Part shown: in pieces, positions 36,401 through 49,954 of the stretch
How positions within the stretch are numbered: the stretch's first letter is position 1
How the letters are laid out: each line of letters opens with the position of its first letter
From: Guillardia theta CCMP2712
Taxonomy: Eukaryota; Protista; Cryptophyta
NCBI RefSeq assembly: GCF_000315625.1
Contig: NW_005434598.1
Location: 230,942-294,941, forward strand
Direction of reading: 5' to 3'
DNA: 64,000 nucleotides
Program-made: the position numbers and the translations under genes
Notes under the pieces: generated by a model
Told to the model about the DNA's origin: nothing
Seen by the model: only the letters and a program-made list of their open reading frames with translations
Databases searched by the model: none

Positions 36401-38247
36401 GAGCAAAAAGGTTCGTGATGTGATCTCAATGGGGACTGAACGCAGAAGCAACGAGCGGGGAAGACTCGCTCTCTCCCTGTGGTCGAGCTACAGCTCAAAC
36501 CAGCGACGCCTCTTCACTCATGCAAGGCAGCTGGCGGCCAGAGTGACGGCGCGAAAAACCATCAGACTGTTTGCAGTTTGGCACAAGTTTGCAAGAGAGA
36601 GCAAGAAGTTGGAGGTGTCGTTGAGCAGAGCTCAACTGCGACACGAGAAGAGAATGTTGCTTGCTTGCTTTCAGGTCTGGGTAGAAATCACTTCAGACAC
36701 CAGTGTCAAAGCGCTTGCTATCAGCAGAAAAGATGCCAAGTACTTGTACCAACTCAGCCAAAGCATGTTCCAGTATTGGTGCTTTGTGACCGAAGAGGTC
36801 AAATCAAACCTGAAAAAGAACGCAAAGGCATATTCATACTTCGAACAAAACTCTTACTTCAAGTTCTTTGAAAGATGGCTGCAATCGTACCATTGGTACA
36901 TCAAGATCAAACATTTGAAACTCCGTGTCCAATCGTCTCGCATCTTTCATGTTACGGACGATCACTTCTCAGAGTGGCTCAACATCACGCTCAGGAAAAG
37001 GGCACTTGCAATTCATCAGTCCGCCGTTGCAAAGAAGAACAAGAAGGCGCTGTTTCAAGACAGCTTTCAGACTTGGTTCGCAGAGAAATGCAGACTGCGC
37101 AAATGTCGGAATGGGTTGATTAACCTCTCTGAGAGGATGATGACGAACAGCAAGAAGTTTCACTTCGATGAATGGACACTGGACACCTCCATGATCGCAA
37201 GGCACAGCAGACTGTCTGCCATCCGCTTTGAGAAGTACTGCGAGGGAATAGTCTCCGATGTGTTCGATGAATGGAAAGCCGTGATGAGATGTATTGTGGC
37301 GCAATCCAAAGGTGTCGAGAGGATAAGTGCGAGGTACGCACACAAAGTCCTCCGTGCGTTCCTCGTCAGCTGGACGTTGTTTGTGGACGACAGTTCCTCA
37401 GACAAGTCAAAAGTCTCCAAGTGCGACAGGAAGAGGTTGTTCAGGAGCTGCAGGAACGTCCTGATCGGCTGGATGGAGCAAGCGCGATGCCTGCGCGTCA
37501 ACTGGCAGAAGTGCATAGCGATGAGCAACAGGCTGGAACGAAAGCGCCTGAGGTCCAACTTCGTCATCTGGAGCGAGTATACCCGGCAGACCATCGACCA
37601 GGTGCAGTCGATCGAGAAGTTCATCCTGCGACAGTCCAACGGCATGTTCAACTTGTACATGCAAGAATGGTTCGATGCTGTCAACACGTGGAAGCAGCTG
37701 CGCAGCAAGGTCGCGCTGTATCAGCGCCGAGCTGACGCAGGGAGGAAGCACAAGGTGCTGCTCCTGTTGTGGAGCCTCGTCGTCGACAGCCGAAATGTCC
37801 GCAAGGTGGAGGAGCGAAGGAAGAGAGGAGCCCTGTCCCTCGCCGCGTCCTCGTGGGGTCAGACGGCAAGGAGCCTCGAGCATTGTCGCAAGGGGGTAGA
37901 GAAGATGATTCTGCGCCATGAGCGACGGCTCTTCCTCTGCTGCTTCGACGGATGGTGAGAACTTGGCATGCTTCGATGTTGTCAGTGACTCGTGAGGCAG
38001 GCGCGACGAGCTGGCCTACCTGAAGAGCGCCTACAGCCGCGCACAGACGGTGCAGACGAGGACGATGACGACGAGGGCGGGGCAGGCAGTGCGGCAGCTG
38101 GTGGACCATGCGAGGAAACAGAGGCGGCACAGGAGAATGCTCGTGACCCACTCCCGTCGGTGGTACCTGATCCGCCTCAAGAACTCGTTCGAGTCCTGGC
38201 ACCACTGGCACGGCAAGAAGATGGCAGTTAAGGTGAAGTCCCTGTAA
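33500..38247 (+). CDS. Sfi1-like centrin-binding repeat protein, multi-exon, spans an assembly gap; ends approximate
   Basis: Long basic helical exons with regularly spaced F-x-x-W motifs (VFDDW, LFAVW, CFQVW, MFQYW, FFERW, HFSEW, SFQTW, HFDEW, VFDEW, CFDGW, SFESW, AFRNW, AFNAW, AFQQW). Confidence 0.75.
36009..36108. other. Assembly gap (100 N)
   Basis: Run of N. Confidence 0.99.
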
Positions 38248-38867
38248 TGCTGTGGAAGCTCAACACCCCTCCTCCTGTTCTCGTCCTCCTCTTCTTGCTC
38301 TTCCCCCGCCCCCTCCTCTTGTTTTCTTGCTGGCTACCTCGACCTGCTCTTCCTCTACCTCCTCCTGCTCTTCCTCTACCTCCTCCTGCTCTTCCTCTAC
38401 CCCTCTCGATCGTTGGATCTCTCCAGTCCTCTTACGATATTCTCCATAACTCTCCCTGGCTCCTCATCTCCTCACTCGTTTCCCAGGGCGTGCTTGACCA
38501 AGTTGTCGACATGATGTAAGCACCTCCTACCACAAACATCTCCGAATCCTCCCCATCCTCCTGCTCCTTCTCTTCCCTTTCCTCTCCCTCGTCTTAGTTC
38601 TTCCTCCTCGTCCCCCTCTTCATCGACAGTTGCCGGGCAATCAGCATTCTCTTGCTTTCAGTCATAGCTCCTACGTATATTTACATCGCTCTGCTGCATT
38701 TCTCTCGAATATTTTACACTCTCCTCCTCGCCTGCACCTTTCAAGCTCTGGCGGGCTCGAAAGTAGTCACCTGCGAAAGATCAGAAGAGGCAGAAGAAGA
38801 CGCACGGGGAGAAGGAGAGGACGAGGAGGACGAGGAAGAGGACGAGGACGAGGATGAGGACGAGGAA

Positions 38868-38908
<41 letters not shown>

Positions 38909-39272
38909 AAGCCTCACTTGGAACTGCTTCCTGTCCTCGTAGTCGTTGAGAGGAAGTCCCTGGCAGGAAGTAAGCGGAAATCGTCGGGGCAAACAACTTG
39001 TCTTACTCCATTCCAAGCATCTCGTTCCTTGTTCCAGTTGCTATCACATGCTGTCATGAACACTGCAAGCAATCTCCCCAGCTCCATTCCCATTCTGTTT
39101 CCCATTTTCTGTCCCTCCCTCCCTCCTTCCCTCCCTCCCTCCCTTCTCCTGTCTCTTCCTTGTTCTTGTGATCATCTTCGAGTTACCTGCTAGTCAAGTC
39201 CACGTCTCCTTTCGTCCTGCCATGGCACGTCAGCAACTGTTGACGATTGAGGATGAAGGAAACACGCCAGAG

Positions 39273-39372
39273 NNNNNNNNNNNNNNNNNNNNNNNNNNNN
39301 NNNNNNNNNNNNNNNNNNNNNNNNNNNNNNNNNNNNNNNNNNNNNNNNNNNNNNNNNNNNNNNNNNNNNNNN
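39273..39372. other. Assembly gap (100 N)
   Basis: Run of N. Confidence 0.99.
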
Positions 39373-39715
39373 GGTTTCGAGAGGGGGGTAGAAGGAGCAG
39401 GAGCAGAAAAAATCAGGAGGGGGAGTCATTGGGGGAGGAGGATTGAAGTGGGGAGGAGTGGGAAGGAGAAGGAGAGCGAAGGGGCCGGGGAAAATCACCA
39501 TGAGCGGAAGCGAACGAAGTACGGGAGTGCACTGCGAACCTTGAGATCGGAGTCAGAGGCGGAGAGAAAGAGATTGACGAGAAACATGGGCAAATCACAG
39601 CTGATAGACAAGATAGAGATTCAACGACATGATCACACCATCGGACAGCTGAGACAAGATACTTCAGGTTGGCATCGACCCAGTTACATCAAGCTTGACA
39701 CCGTCACGTCAATCG

Positions 39716-42700
39716 CTCGCCTGACTCACCACGTCAAAGTCCGGGTCGAGCTGGCGGATCAGACTCTCGGAGATCGCCATGGTCATCAGCGTGACCTGCA
39801 GGAGATCAGCTGGGAAAGATCAACGCACTAAGAGCTACCGCCACGTCACCCCGGAGGACAAGCCCGTGACCCTGAGAGGAGAGAGCGAGGGAAAGTAAGC
39901 AGAAGCAGCAGGAGGAAGAGGAAGGGGAAGAGGAACAGGAACAGGAAGAGGAGGGAGAGAGGAGGAGGAGGAAGAGGATGGACAATAAGGGATATGTATT
40001 TTGTTTTTGAATCAAGAGACAGGGAGCTCTGGAGACAAGGGGATGAAGTTGAAAGAGTTCTCAGCGAGAACAACGAATTCAAAGAAGTTGAGGGTGGTGA
40101 GATCAGACGAAGACAAGAGGACATGGACGAAGAAGACTGAAGAGACAAGAATATGGGCGATGAAGATGAAAAAGCAACCAAGAGCAGGATAGAAAGCTTC
40201 TCTGTTCTACCTGCATGCAGCGGAGGATCGAACCGATAAGACCTCCCATGTCGATAGGCCCTGAAGGGAGGAAAACGTCAGGACGAGGGCAGGGGACGAG
40301 AAAGATAGTTCTGACCTCCCTCAGGAGAGTGCATCGAGTCGTGGCCAACATATTGTTTCTGTTAATCGACGGAGGTAAGGAGTTGAACAGCACTGTGAAG
40401 GATGTAGAGCAGCAAGGTGGAAGATGAATAGAAGGATTTTTTGCTCATGCAGTTGAGGAGAAGGAGCAGCAGCAGCAGCAGCAGCATGAGCAGGGGCAGC
40501 ATGAGCAGGGGCAGGGGCAGGGGCAGGGGCAGGGGCAGGGGCAGGGGCAGGGGCAGGGGCAGGGGCAGGGGCAGGGGCAGGAGATGAGGATGATGAATAT
40601 GATCATGGTGGTAGCAGGGACAGGCACTCGTCCAAAGCTCATCAATCTTGAGACAACGCACCATGACATCACTGAGGTCATTGTTGAAAGCTTCCGTGTC
40701 AATCTGATAGAAACTCGATGAGAGTCAAGACCAATGCGTTCTGTCGCATACCTTCTCCTTCGGGATCGTGTTGAATGTGATTAACTTCTCAGAAACCTTG
40801 TTGACACGTCAAACTCCGCCTGCTCTCATTGTGCCTTCACCTTGTCGGATCTGCCAGTGCAGATAGAGTGGAGGAAGTAGCCGAAGGGCTTCGCAGGGAA
40901 GTCAGTCAGTCGTCGACGTGTTGACGTGTGTCAAAGTTGGACCTGAGCGATGTCTTCGTTCAAAGCGGTTGTGAGACCAGCATCGAAGACCTACTGAAAG
41001 GTGACAACGAGGAAGAGGGAGAGACGGGAGGGAGAGACGGGAGGGAGAGACGGGAGGGAGGAGGGAGCGAGAGCAGGGAAGAGGGGGCAAGAGGAAGGAT
41101 AAGGGGGCGAGTAAGGAGGGGAAGGTGAGCAAGCAGAGACAATTATAGATAGAGGGGAATAGAGGCAGAAAAGGTGTGTAGCAAGGAAGCGGGGGAGTGG
41201 GAGAGGAGGAGTGGGAAAAGAGGAGAAAGTTGATGAGGAGAAGGCAGGTAACGAGCTGATGAGGAGGAGGCAGGTAGCAGAGAGAGAAGAGCAGAAGACC
41301 GCGAGAGTGCCGTCATGAGCAGCCATGAGGTTTCCACCATGCAGATCGCCTGACACACAAGAATCATCCAAGCATCCCTCCATCCATCGACTTGAAACAA
41401 GTTTGATCAGAGTCGTCACTCACCATGGATGTAGTTGTCACGAAGAAACATCTTCATGTTCATGTCAAAGATGGCCTGATCAAACAATTGTCAAGCAGCA
41501 AACACACGATCGACTGCTCGTCAACTTGTGCCATCTTCTTCTTGGTCGCGTGAACTTCATCGCTGCAGCAACAACCCTTGAGCAAGATCAAGAACAAGCC
41601 TGTCATGTCATGCCTGAAACGTTGATACGTTGCCTTTGCCTTGTCCCCAACCTGATATTTCCGATCAGTCTCGACAAAAAAGATGTCAAATGCGGAGGGT
41701 CAACACCTCGCTGAAGATGTCTTGCACGATTGTTCCGTTTACCCATGTTTCGGTCAAGACGCTGAGAAGCGACAGGATGAGAGCGAGTGAGAGGAGGAAG
41801 AGGAAAAGAAGAGGAGGAGGAGTTGAAGAGGAGGAGGAAGAGGAGGAGGAGGAGGAGTTGAAGAGGAGGAGGAAGAGGAGGAGGAGGAGGAGTTGAAGAG
41901 GAGGACAAGTCGAAGGCGTTGGGGAGGTAGGCAACATCATTGAGGAGAATTTCAAGAGCGAAGCCAGAGGGACAGTGGGGGAGGAAGGTAAGGGGGACGT
42001 AGGAGACCTCGGAGAGACAAGATGAGGAAAAACTTGAGGGAATTTGATGATCTCCTCTCCCTGTGATTTCATCCATAAGAATCGACGCGCAGAAATTTGA
42101 CAAGGTAACGACCTGGAAGTTCCAGTTGAACAGCTGAAGGTTGTAAGCCTCCCAGGTGAGATCCACCTGAAACAGAACTTTGACTAGCTGAACGTCTCAA
42201 GTCATAAAGAAACAGTTCCCACTTGTCTTCTAAGAGCAAGATTGAAAGCATCCTATGCGATCAAGTCACCCTGGTTGTCAAAGGACTGACAAAGGATTTG
42301 AAAGGAACCTTGTCAAAAGGCTGGGAAGTCTGAAGGAGAGTCTTGCCGACCTTGTTCAACCAAGTCAGGCACAAAAGAGACGCAGGAGACTCAAACCCAG
42401 TCTAGAACGTCAAACAGCAGTCTTGTGTCGTAGTATGTCTCGTGAACGACCTGAGGGTGTCTGACCTGTTGCATTCTGGCATCAAACCACTCTGAGTGCT
42501 AAGAACAACATAACAATCACCTTCACTGCAACCTCGCGCTGTCCTCCTTCAAGTGCAAACTCGGGTTTCAACACTCCTTTGTGAACCTTCTCTCTCAAGT
42601 CAGACCACAAGGACAACAAGGTTGCATGTTGGACTCATGTTGTACCTGCGCAATAGTGCCGCTTGCAACAGGAACTTTATCGAACTCATCGAAAAGTTCC

Positions 42701-44750
42701 TGTAGACAATCATAAGGAGGAGAAATTACAAAGAAAAACATGTCATCAACCTCAATCGTCCTGCCGAACGATTCTTCAATCGCCTTCCTCGTGTACTCGA
42801 AATCGTGCGAAGGGGCTGAGAGATGAAACATCAGATACAGGACCATCTCTCCTCGTCATCTTGCCGTCATTTCTCAGACGAGACAAGGCCTGCAAACATT
42901 GTCATTATCATCAACGTCATGATCATCACCCTGACGAAGAATAAAAAAACTCACTCTGATAACATCAGGTGGAAACAAGTCCGGACGCATTGACAGCCAC
43001 TGATCAATCAAGATCAAGAACAGTCAATTCGATCAATACAGAACAAAATATTGATCGAAAAAGATTGTTGGGATGATGTGGAAGAAGAGGATTCTAGAAG
43101 ACAGCAAGACCTGCCCAAATTTCATGAAGCTGCATCCGGCCTTTTCGAGAGTCTTGACCTGCAAGATGCAAGATGAGCATGGATAACATTACAACTCAAA
43201 ACTTCACAGCTCTAACTGCAATCATCATCATGCACATCAATCATAATACAAAACATCGGACACAACTGACTTAGTCGAAGTCTCACACTCTACGAGAACA
43301 AACATGGTTTACATCTTTACCATCATCTCCAACCAATACTCTCGGAGCCAGGGATCATTCGGGTTCAAAGTCTGCAATGGCAATAAGTCAGAGGGGTTCG
43401 ACCATTCAACTTGTAACATCGATCATCTTGAGTAAATAGAAACACTTTCACGCATCTCAATCGTACAACCTGAACAAGTGAGACGGCGGTGAAAGGTGCG
43501 AACACGATGACAAGGTAGACTGCACGACGAGCAACGATGTAGAGCTGTAGAGATCAAACTTCAGAGTTCCAGAGAAAAAGCAAGCATCTAATGAGTCACC
43601 CGATACCACCATGGCAACCGCTCGAAAGGATGCACATTCCCTTCCTCGCTGGAAATCACAGATGAGTGCAGGATGACAAGATGAGAAATGACAGGAAAGA
43701 ACAAAGTGAGATGGAGTGTCAGAACATGGTGAGATGGAAGTTTACACATGGTGAAGAGATAACATGATGAACTAAGCCTCAAGCTGATAGCGAGAGCGAG
43801 GTAAACGATGGTGACAACAATGGTGGTGACCACAATCCACACCTAGGAGGACGAGGGATAGGCAAATCAGCCGTTGTCGGCTCCTTCTTCTTATACCCGA
43901 AGATCTGAGAATGCAACATGAGCAAGCCGATCAAAGGAGAACAAGAGAGAGAGGAGGCGCAAGAGGAGGGGCAAGAGGAGGAGAAAGGGAACTGATTGGA
44001 CTAACAATCTCTGAAAGCGGGATGTTCTTGTTTGCCACCCAGAGGGCAGCCGCTCCACATGACACGCCGGCACCGAGGAGAATGTATCTTCGATGAGCAT
44101 GAGCCTGATAGTAATCCCGACAAGAGAAGTGTTAGACCAACTCGTTCCATGCATCATGACATCTCCATACTTGGCTGCTGAAACTGCGGGAGGCCGGCTT
44201 GGCTCTGCTAACCATTCCTCTTGCTTTCGCCATCTGTTCATGATGACGAGCTTGTGATGACAAGAAGGAGAAGGCAATGAAGATCGAGCAGCAGTTCTTA
44301 CCTTGGATGCTGCCTCCTTCAGCAGTTTGACTCGTGCGTTGGGAGTGTTGCAAAGCACCTGCCACACGTCAGCTCCAGGTGTTTACGCTGAGTCAGTGCC
44401 ACCTGCAACACTCCTCTAGTGTGCATGAAGATCGCCATGAGGATAGTGTCGAATAGTTTGTGATCTCAGAGCTTCAATGTCAAAGCACTGTCGTGCTCCC
44501 TGATGGAAACAACCAAATGTCACTGCTAGCCGAGAACATCAGGAGCAGAAGCCGGTGCTTTGGCCCGGATATGCAGAGGGGAAGGAAGAACGATGATTCT
44601 TGAGAGTACAAAGAAAGTATCCATCACGAACGTTGACCTAACTCATCATGATGATATGAACATTGCAAACGCATCACTGGCCCTCTTGCCGCACCGTCCC
44701 GGATATCAGTTCGTGAATCCATTGCTCTTTCACAAACAAAGAGTTTTCAT
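39716..44750 (-). CDS. ABC1/UbiB (AarF, ADCK2-like) atypical kinase, many exons; both ends approximate
   Basis: Spliced motifs: FMKFGQ|WLSMRPDLFPPDVI, APSHDFEYTRKAIEESFG, LFDEFDKVPVASGTIAQ|VHKGVL..REVAVK, VDLTWEAYNLQLF, IKFPQVFP, VLTETWVNG, GDLHGGNL, FDAGLT, TMAISESLIRQLDPDFDVV. Confidence 0.88.
40506..40580. repeat. (CAGGGG)n microsatellite, intronic
   Basis: Direct reading. Confidence 0.9.
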
Positions 44751-46589
44751 CTGACAGTTCAAATCCTCCATTCTATACTGCGATCCTTGCGCACTTGAGC
44801 TCTATTTGCTTTCCTCTCACGTCTCCTCTTCATCTCTCCCTCCTCAATCCCGTCTGTTCCTCACTCAGCCCGACTGACTTGTTCGGCTCTACCTCACCAT
44901 TCCTTCTACATCCCTCTATACCGACACTTCTCCTCGCTTCCATGGTTCCATTGACGCATACCATTGCTTCCTCTTCCATCTCGCATCCCATTCTCCCCTC
45001 CTCCTTCCCTCCCTTGGCTCCCGCGCTCTCCCTCTTCCCTTGCATGTGAGGCCTGCTATAGGACCTTGCATATTATACCAAATCTCCCTCGAAATATCCA
45101 CCTTTAATTTCAAATACTAAGATAATATCTCAGCAGGTGGCATAATCTGTATGAAATCTTATCATGAATTTCAAGATGCCCGGTGGAATTTTAGCACTTA
45201 TCCCTCAAAATGTAAAACTTTTTAAGTTTCCCAGCCTTCCCAGAGTTGAACTTTTTCCAAATAAATTCCAGATAACAATTTCAAATTTATCAAAACCAAT
45301 TAGACAGAAAATTTGAAAGAGTCATCTTTCTGCCTACGCTCCGGTAGGCAATGGACTGGACGTATCTACAGTCGTCAAATTACTGAAGAAAATTTGAAAT
45401 ATTTCAAAAAGCTTGCGACCATTTCGAAAATGGTGTACCCCATGGGAATATTATCACTTACACATGCTTACGACTACCCCTGCCCCTATTTTACCAACAA
45501 GTACCCCCCATTTTCTACTCAAAAGAGTCTGTCGAGGTAGGGTACATACATTTGTGTACCCCTATGTTTTGCGTCCACATCCGACTACTCCCAGTGCACG
45601 ATCTAAACTACCCCTACCCTACCATTCCACATCAAAAAGAGGTATTGATATACCCCTCCTTTGTGCACACCAGATGGGGGTGTACACACTGACCCCCGGT
45701 TAGTCGCATACCCATGAAATCATTTAGTCTTGAGGGGGTACTCAGATAGTACCGGTACTGAGAATGCTACCCAACAATCTGGGGTACTATAGAACTATGA
45801 AGTACCGGTGCGTTTTCCTAAATACTAACACTCTGACATAGCGTCATCACCCCTACCACTTCAAAATCATATAAGATATGGGGTAGTCTTTGAATTATTG
45901 AAGTACCCACAAATCATAGGAACTTTGATATGTAAAAATTAGGGTAGGGTACAGTACCCTCACCTATCTGGAGGAAGGCCTAAGTAGGGGTATACAAAAG
46001 AAATGGAAGAGGCCATGCTACGCTGTGGGCGCATCCCAAGGACTGGTTCTTTGCGATGCTGAACTACCGAACACAGCGTGTCCTGCCGCTATCCATGATG
46101 CTGCTGATGCTGCCGCTGATGATCCACTACCTCCTCATCCTCATCTTCTCCTCACTGTGCTCCTTCAATGTGTGTCCCTGCATGGATATCCACTACAGGC
46201 CCAGGATCCGGCTACTCCCATGCTCCTGATAGTCTGCACCCCTTGTGCTCTCTCGACTGCTCTACCGACACTCTCTTGGTCGGTGTTTTCGCTCAAGTCC
46301 TCACATTCTTTGCTTCATAATCAAATGCAGTGGGCTGGTAGAGCCTTGAGCGTCTTTCCTCCCCAGGATCCGGACATACCTTTCTGTGTTAGTGTGTATT
46401 TTCTATCCACACGCTGTTGCGATAGAGATTTTCTTGGCTATCAGCAGCGGAGGCTGAGGCAGAGATACAGGCAGAGTCAGGCAGAGAAAGGGACAGAGGA
46501 AAGGACCGAGGCACAGGAAGAGGCATAGGAAGAATCGATAAAACGATTCTCCGTGCATGCTGTGCGAATATCTATATATGATCTGCAGG

Positions 46590-49500
46590 ATGATTGTAGT
46601 TTCCAAACCTCCTTTAAACAATTATGTCAGCATGCTTCTTATTATGAAAAGAGACGATCATGACATTAGGGATGGTTCAAGTCTTGTTTCATCACAGCCT
46701 TAGCTACCTTGTTGTGTGTAGATTGACTGAAACTTTTGTTCACTGTGTTTGTCTTCATAGAGCTGGCGAGGAGGATGAAGCAATCGTGCGATGGGCCTGA
46801 TGACTGGTCCCTGAGCTTTCCCAAGGAAAATTGATTGTTTCAGGTGTGTTGTCAGTGACTGAGGGCGTCGAAGATTCTAACAATATCCCATGTAGCCTCA
46901 CTGTCTCAATGTTCTCCCTTCAGTCTTCCAACAAGACACCACACAACATGTCATGAAGAACGCAAGTACAATGTTTCACTCCAGATTCCTGTTGTTGGTG
47001 AGGAATTTTTGAGCTTCCAACCGATGCTCGACTGATCGCTGCATTCAAGATTTTCTTCTTCCTCCTTCTTTCAAACTTCTGTTCTGCTCATTTTCTCGAT
47101 AGCAAGTTAGTCGGTGAGGACTTGTTGTCACTACCTCTTGTCCGTGTTCAACTCACCTACTACCAACAAGACACACGCTCACCGCAATTGTGGAAGAACG
47201 TGTTCTTGTGCGGAACAGAGCTGGAGCAGTTGGAGGAGGTGAACATGACCTGCTGCTTCATCTGAGGATGTGAAGACGTGATTGTCAGATCTACAAGATA
47301 CAATGGGACTTCTCCCACCTAGACAAGGAGTTGCAGGTTGACAATGCCCCGTCCACTCCTCCACCCCGCCGCCCCCTTTCCTCCCTCCCTCCCTTCAGCA
47401 CTTCCTCCCTCCCTCTCGCTCCCAACCGCCCGCCCTCACTCACTCACTCACTCACTCACTCACTCACTCACTCACTCACTCACTCACTCACTCACTCACT
47501 CCATCGCTTCCCCCTCCTTCACTACTTGGTTTGGTGAAGATCACTTTGTTGGGAAAGGTCGGAAAGATTTGCTGCCAAGAGCTTCAGCCGTCACATATGG
47601 TAAGAGGAAGTTTGAACATGATGAGGCGTCAAAAACAACTCGTTTACTCATACTCAGCTCATAATTGACTTGTCATACAAGGTCTATCTCTTTGGAAGCA
47701 CAGAACCGCAAATGTTTCCGATTTCACCGAATCAAACGACGGTGATGACGATAGTAGTAGTGGTGATGATGATGGTGTGAAGAGAGGAGGAGGAGGAGGA
47801 GGAGGAGGAGGAGGAGGAGATTCAAGGGGAGCGCGAGAATGATGGCAGCAGTATAAGAAGAATCTCTTTGCTCTTTTTGACCTCCATGATCACCCGTCTG
47901 AAATGTTGATAAGGTGATTCATATTCCCGTGATCATCGCAGTGAAGACGGCAGGTAAATATGCCTCCCCCTCCCCCACTCCTTCTCTTTCTTCTTTCTCC
48001 TCCTCCTCCTCCTCCTCCTTCTCTTTCTCCTCCTTCTCTTTCTCCTCCTCTTCCTTCTCTTTCTCCTCCTCCCCCACTCTTTCTCCTCCTCCTCCTCCTC
48101 CTCCTCCTCCTCCTCCTCCTTCTCCTCCTCCTCCTCCTCCTCCTTCTCTTCTTTTCTCAACATCTTGCAGTTTCTCTTCCGGAGAAAGTTGGGTTGAACA
48201 GCGTTCAGATGGTTGAAGAGAAGGTGATTTTCCATATCAAGCATCTCTAACAAAACACACTCTCAACATCCGTATGCAGAGGCGGAGCATCTCTCACTAT
48301 GATCGTGACATTCTTGTTGCTGAATGTGTTTTAAACTTTCTAGATCGTTCCCATGTCGGAGTACAAGATGAGTTGGGCACCCTTGGCTGTGAGATTAAAA
48401 AACTTCACAACACACACTGAAAAATCCTATCAGGTTCCTCCACTCAAACAACATCCGCAAGCTGAGACTCCTGAACGCAAGAAGCAGTATGTTGCTTCAC
48501 TTTCAGACTTGAGCATCTTACGCAGTTTTTCCTAGGAGGAGGGTTGTGAATCCGAAGAAAAACAACATCTGGTGTCTGAGCTGCTCACAGCGGAAAGCAA
48601 GGTGAATGCTACATGGATGAGAAGTTGAAGATGAGAAAGTTGTTGGAGATGATGGGTGCATAATGCTCGATTGCAGGGGAGTTTTGAAGAACCTGAAAGA
48701 AGAAAGAACAAGAGCATTTGATTATTGCATGCCGTATATCTTCCTCCCCCACAAGGTAAACAATGTTGAACAGGACGAGAAGGAAGAGGGGGACGAAGGG
48801 AGAGGGCGAGGAGGAAAGACGAGGACGAGGCGTCATGTTCAAGTTTCGCTATTAACTCATCATTGCAGCAAGAGGCGTACACGGAAGAAACATGTGTTGA
48901 CATCATTTGCGAACTCCCAGGGAGAAAGGTGAAAGACTGAAATTGCTGGGAGGTGAAAATCAACACATGATTCACAGAACCCTCTTGTATTCGACTTTGA
49001 CTGGGAGATGGATGAAGTGGAGGAGGTGAAACGCTGTTTTGCTCCTTTTGGGGTGTTTGTGATGCATGCTTGACAGGTTGTGAAGGAGAAGAAAGAAGAA
49101 GAGTCGCTGAAGTATGATAAAGATGCTTTCATGTTCACCTGTATCAGTCTAGCTCATTCTGACATGCACTTTCGTTTGCAAACATTTCAGCGCTGCACAA
49201 GCAAAGAATCTCACACAAACTATAAAGTCCTTGACTTGTCGATTTGTCTTCATCCAGTAACAAGTGCGCAGAAATGCGGTGGCAGCAGCGAAAAAGAAGA
49301 TCAAAGATCAGAAAGAGGTCATTTATATTACACTCACATCGCAACTCGCTCTCCTATGACTTACACTTGTCCTCATCTCACATGCGAACAATCGCTTCCC
49401 ATCAAACTGATTCTGAGCAAACTGCGTCAAGATGTCTCGGTGACAAATCACTTTGCCACGACAGGCTCTGCGATCAAGGATTGAAGAAATTCCTGACAAC

Positions 49501-49715
49501 GTTCGAAACGCTCTCAAAGAGATCAAGTTGTACAAGTTCTATCCCCTCAGTAAGCCTTTCGTATTTCGTGATTGTTTCTTTGTTGACCATGTTTGCAGAT
49601 GAATTGTGTCAGCCGATGAAGTCGAAGTGAGATGATTTAATCTTTGACTGCGTGATAGTAATCAGCAAACAGGTACATTAATCGCTACTACGGGCAAGCA
49701 GACGAAGTACTATGA
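46590..49715 (+). CDS. HIT4: HEAT INTOLERANT 4 (HIT4) family protein, multi-exon; start uncertain (conserved part begins ~47185)
   Basis: Spliced: LWKNVFLCGTELEQ, IYKIQWDFSHL, VYLFGSTEPQM, VIHIPVIIAV, LPEKVGLNSVQMVEE, IVPMSEYKMSWAP, LKNLKEERTRAFDYCMPY, PLVFDFDWEMDE, KLYKFYP, YINRYYGQADEVL*. Collinear with plant HIT4 as recalled (GTEW, GCTEPQL, TSVQ, EYCLPY, EFDWEFDE, FYKFYP, INRYYGKAHEVL). Confidence 0.85.
47435..47500. repeat. (CACT)n microsatellite, intronic
   Basis: Direct reading. Confidence 0.9.
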
Positions 49716-49954
49716 AAGAGATTTGGGCAGTATCAAGAATTTTTCTGCTCTCTCAATCAGAAGATTGATTGAGACATCTCACGAATTTCTCACTGCCGCC
49801 GGGGCAAATGCGAAAACACTTTCATACCTTTTCATGCAAGACAAGAAAACAAATTCACAGCAAACTTATATTTCAACATGACATCAAATTCACAACAATG
49901 TCAGAAAGCTCCACAAGTCGTGAGATTGTAAACAAACAAATAAACAAGTTTCTC

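Noticed and set aside
38250-39270. Additional exons between the Sfi1-like gene and the ABC1 kinase
   Set aside because: Short open segments on both strands next to a gap; cannot be assigned to either gene
45400-46000. GGGTA/TTAGGG-like words as telomeric repeats
   Set aside because: Scattered words, not tandem arrays
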